In this document: in pieces, positions 1 to 11,125 of the stretch
Numbering within the stretch: position 1 is the first letter of the stretch
How the letters are laid out: every line of letters starts with the position of its first letter
Assembly (NCBI GenBank): GCA_020184695.1
Contig: JAANOX010000062.1
Span: 1-64,000 of the forward strand
Source of the DNA: Histomonas meleagridis 2922-C6/04-290x
Taxonomy: Eukaryota; Protista; Parabasalia
Reading direction: 5' to 3'
DNA length: 64,000 bases
Position numbers and translations under genes: made by a program
Notes under the pieces: generated by a model
Database searches by the model: none
The model's input: the letters and a program-made list of their open reading frames with translations, nothing else
What the model was told of the DNA's origin: nothing

Positions 1-58
1 TACATTTTTGTGAAAAATCTAGTAAAATAATTTATATTAAGAAATTCGGTATTAAAAA

Positions 59-830
59 ATGGCTGAAGTGGAAATAAACTATTTGAAAAATTTCAATCAA
101 AACCGATCAAAAATCATTCAAAACCCACCTGAAAAACAAGATGCCTTAAATTCTTTTCAAGCTTCAAAACTAGTTTGTATTAAAACTCATATTCGTTATC
201 AGCTGCTTCAAAAAGGAAAAAAAGAAAGAAAGAGAAGAAAAATGATATAAAGGCTGAAGATGATGAAATAAAATCACAGAAATCATCTTCGGATACGCCA
301 ATCGTTGTCGCATTTGAACTTCCAAATGAAGAAAGTCCAAAGCCTAAAGACACAAAACAAAATATTGAAAAAGAGAAAAATGAAAACGTAAAAATGACTG
401 AAAACAATATCAATAAAATTAAGGCTGTAAGCCAAAAGAAACACAAAAAAGAACTGAAAACATAAAAGAAAATGAAAATATTAATAAAAATATAAATAGT
501 AATAAAAATGAAACAAAAAGCAACAATAAGAAAGAAGTGGAAGTAGAAAAGGGAAACGAAGCTGAAAATTTAATTAAAACTGCAGTAGCAAATACTAATT
601 ATTATTCTTATATTAGTAATAACAGTAATGAAAATAGAATTGTAAGTGAAAACGGAAATAAGCAGGTAACTAAAGAAGAAAATGTTTTAAAAAATACTTC
701 CGATGAGAGCAAACAAAATAAAGAAACATCGCAAACAGAAGAAAGTAACGAAAACACAGAAAACGTTCCACAAAGCCAAAGAAACACACAAGAAGCGAAT
801 GAGGAGAATGCAAATAATGATAATGTTTAA
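59..830 (+). pseudogene. Fragmented Lys/Glu/Asn-rich low-complexity coding sequence
   Basis: Codon-like K/E/N-rich stretches in three successive frames (59-250, ~184-463, ~450-830) separated by stops or 1-nt shifts, e.g. AAAAAAGAACTGAAAAC near 450. No recognisable domain. Confidence 0.4.
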
Positions 831-1471
831 GAAAGAACACTTACAGAATATCTTTCATAAAGTGATGGTTTTATTCTTTGATTAAAATCAAAATTTTCTT
901 GTGATGATATTTCTTGAAGTTTTTCGATTTCATCATTTCGAATTATTTTTGCAATTTCATTTGGATTATGACCTTCTTTAATTAGTTTCTTATGTAATTC
1001 CCAATCATTCTTTGAAAGTTCTTCATAATTTGGTAAGGCACGTTCTAATGAATATTCCCTTAAATGGATTGCTAATTTATCTTTAGACATATAATGTGCA
1101 AAATAAGCACTCTGGTTGTTTTTTACAATGTTTGGTTCAATCATAGCTTCAAGAAGATAAGTTGATTCATTTGTATTATTATTAAGAAATTGTCCAAATA
1201 TATCAAATATATTAGATTTGATTTTATTACACTCTTCAAATTTTCTTAATTCTTTTATAAAATTCAAAAATAAATATACGTTATTATTTTTAATTACAAA
1301 GGAATAATATATCATTTGAATAATAAATAAATCATAAGATAAAGGATGGATTTCATCAAATTTGTTGATTATTAAACCTAAAGATCTCAAGAAATTTTCT
1401 TCATTCAAACCAAAAATTGCTTGACCTATGAGTAGAAATGGTTCCCAGTCGCAATGTTCCTTTGGTTTCAT
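827..1471 (-). CDS. DUF3447-type ankyrin-family protein, N-terminal part only (C-terminally truncated)
   Basis: LSKNDWELHKKLIKEGHNPNEIAKIIRNDEIEKLQEISSQENFDFNQRIKPSLYERYS is typical of trichomonad DUF3447/ankyrin proteins. First ATG is 1471 (the ORF track starts at a TTG). Similarity stops abruptly after YERYS. Confidence 0.6.
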   Translation of the reverse strand: MKPKEHCDWEPFLLIGQAIFGLNEENFLRSLGLIINKFDEIHPLSYDLFIIQMIYYSFVIKNNNVYLFLNFIKELRKFEECNKIKSNIFDIFGQFLNNNTNESTYLLEAMIEPNIVKNNQSAYFAHYMSKDKLAIHLREYSLERALPNYEELSKNDWELHKKLIKEGHNPNEIAKIIRNDEIEKLQEISSQENFDFNQRIKPSLYERYSVSVLS

Positions 1472-2044
1472 GTGGAAAAAGAACCATTTCAATGATAACC
1501 GGTTATCAATTCAAACTAGTTTGTCATCGTCGATGTATAGAAAAGTGACTATAAAAAATATGATAGGGAAAATCAGTAAAATTCAATTCTCTCAAAATGT
1601 ATAATAATCTATTTTTATATTTTTTATGACGTATTTCATTTAACATATTTGTAATTTGTGTTGTTTGATCTCAAAGTATGAGATATTAAATTTTAATTTT
1701 TGCCGTTGTGTGATACGATTAAAATCAACAGTAAAAGTCAAAAATTGAGTCTATCGTGTTCAATACCTAATTTTTTGATGTATGGTTCTTATTCAAAAGA
1801 AGATTCCTTAAATATGAAAGTGAATCAGTCGCCACCATTTCCTGTGTCAGTTATACAAAAAAAAACAAAAGAAACATATAAATAAGATTCAAAATAGATC
1901 TAAAAGAAGTTGCTGATAAAACATTAAAAGAGCCCAATTCTGTCTATGTAACATCAAATGAAAATTTTCATGGGCCAATCTTTCTTACAGGATTCAAATA
2001 TTTGAAATAAATATTTATTTATAAAAACTTTATCATTATCAATT

Positions 2045-5000
2045 TTACAACTTAAACACCTTGTCATCATCATCATATGCTTGTTCAAAATCGAAGGATA
2101 TATCATGATCGGAATTATTTTGTTGTGGGTTTGGTGGAACATTCTCTTGTTTCTTCAAATTTTCCCTGAAATCGTATTCAAACATTTCTCCTCCATCGCC
2201 TGCATCACCATTCGCATTGTATTGATGATTTGTTTGATATTGACCATTCAAGTAATCCAACAGAAGATTTTCGTCGAATAAGTATTCTGGTAGATTTGAG
2301 AGAGCCAAATTTCGTCTTTTCTTTTTACCAGATAGATAGTCCATATCTGTTAATGAGACAAATTGCGAAAACCCGAATCTATCATCTATTAATAAGGTTT
2401 TCATGCTGTCAATTCCATATTCTAATAGTAGTGTTAAGTACTTTTTGTTGTGGAAATCGCTCCATTCAGCGGTTTCCTCCACGTTCAAAATTGAATCAAT
2501 TTTTTCTGGGATTTTGTGAAGTATTTCAATTCTCGTTTTAATTTCGCGTATCGTTCTCACTTCGACTTTTTTCCATGTTTTGAATCCTTTCATATTTTGG
2601 AATATATCTGGTGCCAATTCTATTTTGTGCATCATTTCCGGGAGTGAGAAAAAGCCTTTAGTATAACTTACAATTATTGCATAAAAGCTTTCAACAAAAT
2701 CTTTAATTTCATCTGTAGTTTTATCTACAATTAATGATTTTATATGAAACAATTTTGGATTATTTTGATCAAGCAAATAATTTTTACAAGAGGAAACAAT
2801 TAAATTAAATTCAATTGGATTCCAAAAATCAAAATGAATTGTTAACTCATTTGATTTGTCTTGTATTATAATATCAGCTTTAAACTTATTTATAATTGCT
2901 TGAATCCTTGGATTAAAAGGATTAAATTCTTGATTATCAACTATTGACATGAAAAAATTATTATCTTTTTGTGTCACAGGTGGATTTAAGTCATTTATAT
3001 CAAATGATTCTTTCGAATTAAATTGTAGCCAATATTTTGTAATTAATTTCATTTCTAAAATCGAAAGGAATTCAAATGCGTTTTGGAAAATGAAATTTTT
3101 CGCTTTAATACATGAAGCAATTTCTTTCATAAATTCATTGTGTCCAAAGTTTAAGTCTTCCCATGAATTTTCATCGATACATATTAATTGTTCGATATTA
3201 AATTTCTCATTTTCTTGAAGTAAACTCTTTATTAGAAATGGAAAATTAAACATTTCACATGACTTAAATGATCTAAAAGAAAATATAACAAAAATCGAAC
3301 AAAACATTCCGATTTCAACTTCTCCATCTAATGATAAATCGGAAAGAATTTTAAACCATTCACCAAATCCATATAACTTTAATTTTTTATAAATATTATA
3401 AATCATTTCAAAATTAAATGATAATTCATTATAATTATTTTTGATATCATTTAAATCAGTAACTGGAAATGATTCAATAAATTCTTCATCATTTTGATAT
3501 ACAACTTCACTAATATTTTTTAATGATTCTTCAAAAATTTTAATATCATTTGTCGAAAAATCATTTATAAGAGAACAAATTCTTGGAATTAATTCAGTTT
3601 TGAAATCTAAATCAAAATTTGTATTGTTTTCGATTGTCGGAGGATTTGTTATTACAATATCATCTTTAGTATCATTAACTTGATCTTTTAATCCTAAAAT
3701 CTTTTGCCATAATTCGATTTTCTTTTCACTTTGGATAAATTCTTCATGTTCTAACGTTTGATATGTAATTAATCGATAAATATCAATGTTTTTAATTCGA
3801 TCGAATAAATTTTGTAATTTGAAATAATTTTGTGGCTTTAATTTAGGATCAATAATAATTATAACATAATTCGATAATTCATTAAAATTAAGTTCTTCGA
3901 AATTAGTTCTTAATGATATTAACTGTATAAAAGTTGATTTGACTTCATCATAGTTAACATTACCAATTAACATTTCAGTTTCATAATTTCGTAATAAACA
4001 AAATTCATTTATTAGTCTTAAAACTTCATCTTTAATACTGAATATTATAACATTACAATTTCTCATTTGTAATGCTTTTAATACATTATCAAGCCATTGG
4101 AACTTAGTGGAAACAGTTAATAATAAATCAATTCGTTCTAAACCATCGAATTTCTTTTGATAAAATTCTTCTGCGCCTGGAATGAGGAATGGATGAACAC
4201 AAATTTTTAAGATTTGTTGTCTTTCGATTTGTAAATCGATATCTTTTTTGTTTTGTCTTCCATTTAATCTCCATAACATGTGAAGTTTTGTTAATCGAAT
4301 TAAATCATTTTGGACTTCTGTTAGATTAATTAATGCAATGTTTCCTTCGTTAATTGTATTTCGTTGATTGATTCTTGCAAATAAATGTTTTGATATTAAA
4401 AGACGTGATTCAGAATTATAAAAATCATTAAGTTTAATATCTTTACGAAAAAGTTCAATTTCATTTATTGTTTCATTTGGAGCTACATATTGTATTAATA
4501 AATAAACATCGCCAAGTGAACTAAATGTTGAAGGTTTTGTTAATATGATCTTTTGTTTATATTTTTGCCGTAATATTAAATCATTTTTATTATTATAGTC
4601 AATGGCAATTACATTCCAATAAATATTCCTTAGAAATTCGGAGTCGTTGTTTATGAGTTTAGATGATGAAAGTAATATATGAAACTTATAAAAATCTAAT
4701 TGTGGTTTCCCATATTCATCTAATGAATAAAATTGATATTCACGAATAAGTTTTCGACTATTTGATTTCCCAACATATTCAACATATGTTAAATTGGTCC
4801 ATTTTTTAATTAACGTACGCCAATATTCAATATCAGATGTAACAATAAGAAATGGACCTTTCCATTCAGTACAATTAACAAGATATGATAAAAATGTTAA
4901 AAGTTCAATGGAATTGTCACTTTTGACTTCACTTGTGAGGATGGAACCGTTACCGTTCACCCAGCAGTCAAAAAGCCAATGATAACCGTCGACTTGATGA

Positions 5001-5980
5001 GGTTGGATCTGTTTGGGGCAATTTAGGAATATGTTTTTATTAGGATCTGGATAATTATCACATGGTGTTTGTGGCCTGGCATTTTCATATTTGATTTGTG
5101 ATGTATTATATTTAACAAGTGTTTCATCATCTGGAATTTCCCAATAAAACAAAATATTATCATCATATGAAAGACGAAAAAGAAGTTCAGGCTTATCGTT
5201 TGGGTTATCACGACGGTGAGCAATTGGAATGTTATTTGCTTCAATATTTGGAATATTCTCAAATGAGATTGGATGACGAATAAATCGATTAAGATGAGAT
5301 TTAGAATCAGGAATCATCTCAAACAAATATTCAGGAACCCATTGACATATTTCTTCTTGTGCTTTTTTGAACCGAACAAGATATTGAATTTCTCCATCCT
5401 TAATACGACTCATAAATATGTGTTCAATACGTTCGGATTTTTTGGAGTTTCTTTTCACAAAATATTCATCTTCTTCCGAAATATCATCTTCGTAATTAAA
5501 ATCATTATATGTTTGAGTGTGTTTGCGATTTTCTCGAATTTGCATACGACTTTCTGTAATAAACATACTGTCATATTCGTCGCTGTCTTCTGAAGACTCA
5601 TCCTCATAGAATTTTTTTTTATTTTTTTTACGTTTGGACTTTGATTTTTCTTGTTTTCTTGGACGAGTCGGCTGATTCTTTTGTCTATTTAATTGATACA
5701 TATATTGGCATAATGCAGGACTTATTGCTAGCGTTTGCCATTGCTTGAATATTTCGTCACTTACATTTGATGCGCCTACTTCGTTGATATAATCGGATAA
5801 TTTAATAAAAGTTTGATAATCTTGTTGAGGATCTGAAGGAATAAATATTGGATTATCTTGTGATTTACATTTTTTTGATTGCTTGTTATTTCTTTGTGTT
5901 CTCTTTTTGTTTTTTGATCGAGGCAGAGTGAATTCATCATCATATTCTCGTTCTTCGTCAAACTCTTCGTAATCTTCCAT
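2045..5980 (-). CDS. CHD-like chromodomain/SNF2-fold protein with degenerate ATPase motifs
   Basis: Chromodomain-like YLVRFKKAQEEICQWVPE; SNF2 landmarks IQPHQVDGYHWL, KGPFLIVT, ICVHPFLIPGAEE, IYRLITYQTLE. First ATG is 5980 (track start 6049 is TTG). Confidence 0.8.
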   Translation of the reverse strand: MEDYEEFDEEREYDDEFTLPRSKNKKRTQRNNKQSKKCKSQDNPIFIPSDPQQDYQTFIKLSDYINEVGASNVSDEIFKQWQTLAISPALCQYMYQLNRQKNQPTRPRKQEKSKSKRKKNKKKFYEDESSEDSDEYDSMFITESRMQIRENRKHTQTYNDFNYEDDISEEDEYFVKRNSKKSERIEHIFMSRIKDGEIQYLVRFKKAQEEICQWVPEYLFEMIPDSKSHLNRFIRHPISFENIPNIEANNIPIAHRRDNPNDKPELLFRLSYDDNILFYWEIPDDETLVKYNTSQIKYENARPQTPCDNYPDPNKNIFLNCPKQIQPHQVDGYHWLFDCWVNGNGSILTSEVKSDNSIELLTFLSYLVNCTEWKGPFLIVTSDIEYWRTLIKKWTNLTYVEYVGKSNSRKLIREYQFYSLDEYGKPQLDFYKFHILLSSSKLINNDSEFLRNIYWNVIAIDYNNKNDLILRQKYKQKIILTKPSTFSSLGDVYLLIQYVAPNETINEIELFRKDIKLNDFYNSESRLLISKHLFARINQRNTINEGNIALINLTEVQNDLIRLTKLHMLWRLNGRQNKKDIDLQIERQQILKICVHPFLIPGAEEFYQKKFDGLERIDLLLTVSTKFQWLDNVLKALQMRNCNVIIFSIKDEVLRLINEFCLLRNYETEMLIGNVNYDEVKSTFIQLISLRTNFEELNFNELSNYVIIIIDPKLKPQNYFKLQNLFDRIKNIDIYRLITYQTLEHEEFIQSEKKIELWQKILGLKDQVNDTKDDIVITNPPTIENNTNFDLDFKTELIPRICSLINDFSTNDIKIFEESLKNISEVVYQNDEEFIESFPVTDLNDIKNNYNELSFNFEMIYNIYKKLKLYGFGEWFKILSDLSLDGEVEIGMFCSIFVIFSFRSFKSCEMFNFPFLIKSLLQENEKFNIEQLICIDENSWEDLNFGHNEFMKEIASCIKAKNFIFQNAFEFLSILEMKLITKYWLQFNSKESFDINDLNPPVTQKDNNFFMSIVDNQEFNPFNPRIQAIINKFKADIIIQDKSNELTIHFDFWNPIEFNLIVSSCKNYLLDQNNPKLFHIKSLIVDKTTDEIKDFVESFYAIIVSYTKGFFSLPEMMHKIELAPDIFQNMKGFKTWKKVEVRTIREIKTRIEILHKIPEKIDSILNVEETAEWSDFHNKKYLTLLLEYGIDSMKTLLIDDRFGFSQFVSLTDMDYLSGKKKRRNLALSNLPEYLFDENLLLDYLNGQYQTNHQYNANGDAGDGGEMFEYDFRENLKKQENVPPNPQQNNSDHDISFDFEQAYDDDDKVFKL

Positions 5981-6473
5981 TTGTTGTTTTCTGTGGCGGG
6001 TAACCGAAAAATCGATTGAAAACTTGGCGTTCGACAGCTTTCTCCCCAATGAAAAATCGGCGAGATAAAAATTTCAATGTAAACGCGTTTTTCGATACGG
6101 TACATCATCCCACATAAAATTCAAAGAATTTATTACCTGTGCCCTAACAAAATGTCGCATTAAATTGAGATTTTTTTATCGATCAGTTGGATATTATGAT
6201 GATCACATCACATGATATTTGAATAAAAAATTGAATTTTAAATATTACAAAGCAAGCGATCGTGATTTCAAATATAACTTACGCATATAATTATTCAATA
6301 GCAAATTCAAAGCGATTTTTTTGATCCTACTTGGGCGTTAAACGTTCGCCAAAGCGACAAATTTAAAAAAGAATTTGAAATCACATAAATGTGTTATAGT
6401 TCAAACCTCGAAAATGGTAAAAAAAAATAAAGACATAAATAATTATTTATTACATGTTTAATATATAATAAAC

Positions 6474-9302
6474 TTAAAGAATGTTATCAAGAATATTAAT
6501 GGACAAATGTGGAACATTTTCTATGTCTTCTTTTTCCTTCTTTTTCTTCTTGTACATTGTAAACACAACGACAAGTGCAACAATTATAATGACAACAAAT
6601 GGAACGCCGATGTAAACAAGATACATTAACTTATCAAATTCACTAAATTTTGTATATCCATCGCATTTATCCTTCAAATCATTATTAACCTCAATATTAA
6701 TACCTAACCATAACGCATCATTACAAATATTAACATCGCTGCAATTGTTTTGATAATTTTCATAATCATCTTCATTCGGTAAACAAATACTTAAATTTTT
6801 ATTCTGAAAGATATTATTATTAAATGTTATAGGTGGTGTTGATGCTAAAACAATAGCTTTTATGTTGTTACAATTATAAAATATATTCGTGGAATTAATT
6901 GATACTGTTTTTAGGCTGGGAAGATAAATATATTCCAAATTAGTACAATTATAGAAATGATTATCACCTTCGAAATAATTCAAATCTTCAAAGAATGCTG
7001 TACGTAATGAAATACAATCTCTAAAACATGATGAAGGTAATGTCGTTAATGAATTTAATGTAATGTTTGCAAGTTTAATACATCCTAAAAATGCATTATC
7101 TCCAATACGTACGATATGATGTATGTTAACTCTTTCGAGTGATATACAATGTTCGAATGTGTTTGTTCCTTGAATACGCATTAAATTTTCCATATTTATT
7201 GCTTTTAATGATGAACAATGTGAAAATTCAAATCCTGAATTATATTGATTCATATATTTTATGTTCGGCATATTAATTTGTGTTAATTTAATACAATTAT
7301 AAAATAAAAATCCTTTACTTTCATTGAGATTTTGTAATGACACATATTCCAATGTTTTAATGTTACTAAATAAATATAATGGCGACGTGATCAATGAATC
7401 CATGTAAATATGTGTCAATGAACTACAATTAATTGCAATTGGTCCATATTCAACATGTTTTATAGTGTTTAATTTTAATGTTTGTAATGAACTACAATTA
7501 ATAAATGCTGTGTTAGATATATTAATAACTTTTGGTAATGTAACATTAAAAATATTGGGACAGCTACATATGAAATGTTTTCCAAATGTTTTTAGTTCTG
7601 GAAAATAAATAACTTCGATTTTGTTGCATGAATGAATGAATTCAGATACAAAACTTTCTAATTTTGGTAATGATATATTAATTAAATTATCACAAAATAA
7701 AAATGAATATGAACCAATGTATTCAAGTTTTGGTAATTCGATTTCCTTTACTTTATCACAATTATATAAAAAATAATCACCAATCGTTGTAACATTAGGG
7801 AAACTGATCGTTTCAACAATATCAGAAGCATTTGTAAATGCATGATTACCTATGCTAATTAAATTATTAAATTCAAAATTTATAATGTTAACATGTGTTA
7901 TGAAATTATTCGATGCATAACATAAATTTGGTAAATTTATTGTTGTTAATTTCTCTGAGTATAAAAACGGACTACTTCCAATTGTATGAAGTTTAGGAAG
8001 AGTTAAGTTTACTAGATTCGGAATATTAGCAAATGCATAATCAGAACATGTTTCAAGTTCTGGTAAATATATTTCAGTTATAGATTTACAATTATCCAAT
8101 ATATATGAACCACAACTTTTAAGTTTTGGTAATGTTAAAACTTTTATCTCTGCTTCTTTAAAAACATAACTTCCAATATGTTCACAATGATCAAATGATA
8201 AATATGAGTCATCAATAAATGCATAATTATAAAAAGCATAATCATCTATTGTTTTAATTTTTGTATCCTTAAAACAATTATTTTTTACACTGCAATAATA
8301 GAACGCGTACTTTCCAATAGATTGCACTTCCGATAATATAAGTGTAAACGAGTGCAAGAACTTAGCAAATAGCTTATCTGGAATATGTGTTAAATTTGGT
8401 AATATAATATAACTTAAGATGATACAACCGTCTACGAATGGTCCACTTGCATATCTAAGGGAAGTTAAATTAAGAATTTCTAAATTGATGTTGCGGTAAA
8501 ATGCATTGGTTGAAATATTTAGAATTTTGGGCAAGTTTATGGATTTAAGTGAGAAGCAATTAGCAAATGCTCCTTCATATACTATTGTTACCTTTGGGAA
8601 ATCAATGGCTTCCAGAGAATTACAATGAGTAAACGAATACGGATAAATTCGTTCAAGTGAAGGAAAATAAATTGAAACAAGGTTATAACAATCCTGAAAA
8701 GCATAATCATGACAGTATTTTAAAGACGGAAGTGAAACATTTCGAAGGGAGACACAGCCATCAAATGAATTGCTATAAATTTCGTCAACATCTGGAAAAT
8801 ATATTGTTTCAAGACTTTTACACATTTGAAATGCAGTTTTCATAAGATATCTCAAGCCGTGTGCCTCAATATGAACCAAATTTACGCATTCAGTAAACGA
8901 ATTAGAAGTGAAAGATTCGACATACGCATAATAAACATACCTTAATTTTGGACAGAATTTTAAATTATCAAGACCATATTCCATTTTAGTACTTATGTTG
9001 AGCTTTTCCATGTTTGTTAAAAATATTAAATAGGTACTGAATTCAGTAATTTCAAATTTAGTATCACTTGAAATAGAAAAATTTACAATTAATGGGCAAA
9101 AAACATTCAGAATATATAAGTTTCCAAATGTAAGGTCGCCACTGATTACATCAACTTCTGCATAATCATTCACATATGTAATATTTTTAGCGAGTGCATT
9201 TAAAAATGCTTCTGCTAGAGACTCACCACTGACAATTACGGTTTTATTTATAAGGACTTCAAGTAATGAGAATGATAAGATTGGAAATAAACAAAGCAAC
9301 AT
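6474..9302 (-). CDS. BspA-like (LRR_5) type I membrane surface protein
   Basis: Signal peptide MLLCLFPILSFS, many xLPxLxxIGxxAFxxCxxL repeats, C-terminal TM (YIGVPFVVIIIVALVVVF) followed by KKKKK and a short tail. ATG at 9302. Confidence 0.92.
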   Translation of the reverse strand: MLLCLFPILSFSLLEVLINKTVIVSGESLAEAFLNALAKNITYVNDYAEVDVISGDLTFGNLYILNVFCPLIVNFSISSDTKFEITEFSTYLIFLTNMEKLNISTKMEYGLDNLKFCPKLRYVYYAYVESFTSNSFTECVNLVHIEAHGLRYLMKTAFQMCKSLETIYFPDVDEIYSNSFDGCVSLRNVSLPSLKYCHDYAFQDCYNLVSIYFPSLERIYPYSFTHCNSLEAIDFPKVTIVYEGAFANCFSLKSINLPKILNISTNAFYRNINLEILNLTSLRYASGPFVDGCIILSYIILPNLTHIPDKLFAKFLHSFTLILSEVQSIGKYAFYYCSVKNNCFKDTKIKTIDDYAFYNYAFIDDSYLSFDHCEHIGSYVFKEAEIKVLTLPKLKSCGSYILDNCKSITEIYLPELETCSDYAFANIPNLVNLTLPKLHTIGSSPFLYSEKLTTINLPNLCYASNNFITHVNIINFEFNNLISIGNHAFTNASDIVETISFPNVTTIGDYFLYNCDKVKEIELPKLEYIGSYSFLFCDNLINISLPKLESFVSEFIHSCNKIEVIYFPELKTFGKHFICSCPNIFNVTLPKVINISNTAFINCSSLQTLKLNTIKHVEYGPIAINCSSLTHIYMDSLITSPLYLFSNIKTLEYVSLQNLNESKGFLFYNCIKLTQINMPNIKYMNQYNSGFEFSHCSSLKAINMENLMRIQGTNTFEHCISLERVNIHHIVRIGDNAFLGCIKLANITLNSLTTLPSSCFRDCISLRTAFFEDLNYFEGDNHFYNCTNLEYIYLPSLKTVSINSTNIFYNCNNIKAIVLASTPPITFNNNIFQNKNLSICLPNEDDYENYQNNCSDVNICNDALWLGINIEVNNDLKDKCDGYTKFSEFDKLMYLVYIGVPFVVIIIVALVVVFTMYKKKKKEKEDIENVPHLSINILDNIL

Positions 9303-9913
9303 TGAGGAGAAAATTGACAAATTGGATGTGTCTCAAATTTTGAATGAGTAAAAAAAAAAGTTATTGCAATAACCATACAATTTTTGTATTCTATGATCAT
9401 ATATAAATATTTGACAGGGAAAATCATCAACATCGGGTTACCCCAGCAACTGCCTCGAAATGTAGTAAACGTTCAGATGAGAACGTTAAGCAGAGAAATA
9501 AAAGATTTAATAAATGTGGAAAATTTTCTAAATTAATCACACCAAAATAGAGATATAAAATACGCAGGTTTTACTTAGCTATTTAAATAATGTAATATTC
9601 AAATCAGAGTAATCGACATTAAATTATTATCCTTTGTCACAATAATCTTTCAACTAAAAAAAAAAAAAAATAGTTCAATCATAAGCCATGTTTGTAATTT
9701 CTGGAAATTAGGAATATATAAATTATACTTAAATTTTTTAAATTGATCAAAGGTTGAAGCAGAACCTTCAGTGGCAAATGTCATTATGTTCACAAAACCA
9801 GTTATTTGCGTTTACGAAATGGATTTAAAATCATTAAACTATGAACATAATTTAAAATACAGAAAAACATATTATCTTTTTATAAAACTACAAAAATGAG
9901 ATTTATTCATTTA

Positions 9914-10708
9914 TTAGAGTTCTTCGTCTGATCCATCTTCATCAACTTTTGGCGCAAGGTAAAATTTAACAAATCCGCCTTCGTTCAGTTGGTATTCTAC
10001 AAGCAATGGAAAGTTTGGTGAGAAGTGTAGTGATACGCGACTTGCGAGCCCAGACGCAGCGGATATTGCCTTCAAATATCTTAACGCATATGATACTCGA
10101 CATGATTCAGTAACTTGAACTTCAACATCTTCCTCCATATTTTCGGGTACTTCGCCGGAGCTGAACGTTGTGATAGCGTCGACAAGTGAATCTGAAACGG
10201 AGAATGAGACTGAACCATCTGTACAACTTACAGATACTGAGTCATTGACTTCAGAAAGACTTTTGACAAGCTTAGTAAGTCCATCAGAACCAAGAGAAAG
10301 CTTCGCTCTGTACTGATGTTCTGGAATTGATACTGGTTCCTTTTGAACATCAACAGGTTTAAGCCTGAAACGAGTTGATTTCTCATCGTTGGGTGAATTT
10401 AATTGCATTTCAATATCTTCGTTTTGATGATCAGTTTTGATTGTAAGAAGATCATTTGATGCTGCACTCTTTAAAACTTTAATTAAAGTTCCAACATTGA
10501 ACGACAATTCTAATGGTTCGGTGCATGTATAGGATGAGAATGTTTCAGCTGGTAGTTCAATGGAAATAAGGGAAACATGGCTGACATCAATTGCTTGAAG
10601 TGTCATTCCATCTGAATCACAATTAAACGTGACATCTTCAACAAGATCCTTTAAGCTGTCAACAATGCGTTTGAAAAAAGATGCTTGGTGGAATACAATT
10701 TCGACCAT
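9914..10708 (-). CDS. PCNA: Proliferating cell nuclear antigen
   Basis: 264 aa, colinear with PCNA: LQAIDVSHVSL, YALRYL, PLLVEY, KFYLAPK. Confidence 0.97.
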   Translation of the reverse strand: MVEIVFHQASFFKRIVDSLKDLVEDVTFNCDSDGMTLQAIDVSHVSLISIELPAETFSSYTCTEPLELSFNVGTLIKVLKSAASNDLLTIKTDHQNEDIEMQLNSPNDEKSTRFRLKPVDVQKEPVSIPEHQYRAKLSLGSDGLTKLVKSLSEVNDSVSVSCTDGSVSFSVSDSLVDAITTFSSGEVPENMEEDVEVQVTESCRVSYALRYLKAISAASGLASRVSLHFSPNFPLLVEYQLNEGGFVKFYLAPKVDEDGSDEEL

Positions 10709-11125
10709 TTTTTATAAATGGCACTTCCATACGTTTAAAAATTCATTCAATAGAAACCGTTAATAAAATCCCCCTAAAAATAACAATACAATTGCTCCAC
10801 GCTGCCTAAATTTCTTAATTATTTTTTTTATTTTTTCTTTTAAAAATTATAATTATGACTAATTTTCATTAATTAGCGTTTTTATATATCTTGAAATGAT
10901 TTCATAATTAATTAGGAATAACATTTAAAGCCTATCTTGAATTAGAAAAAGGGATGTTAACTCTTTAGAAAAAAAATTTCATATATATATATATTAAATT
11001 TTCCTTTTCAGGATTTCATAATAAAAACTTTAAGTAATTATCTTAATTCGAATTTATTTTATTCGAAAGTGGTATTAAAAATTTACTAAAAAACAATTCT
11101 AAGATATGTTAATACAAATTATTTA

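Noticed and set aside
1700-2010. Codon-like stretch (KEVADKTLKEPNSVYVTSNENFHGPIFLTGF)
   Set aside because: Broken by stops, and no family recognisable; at most an old gene remnant.
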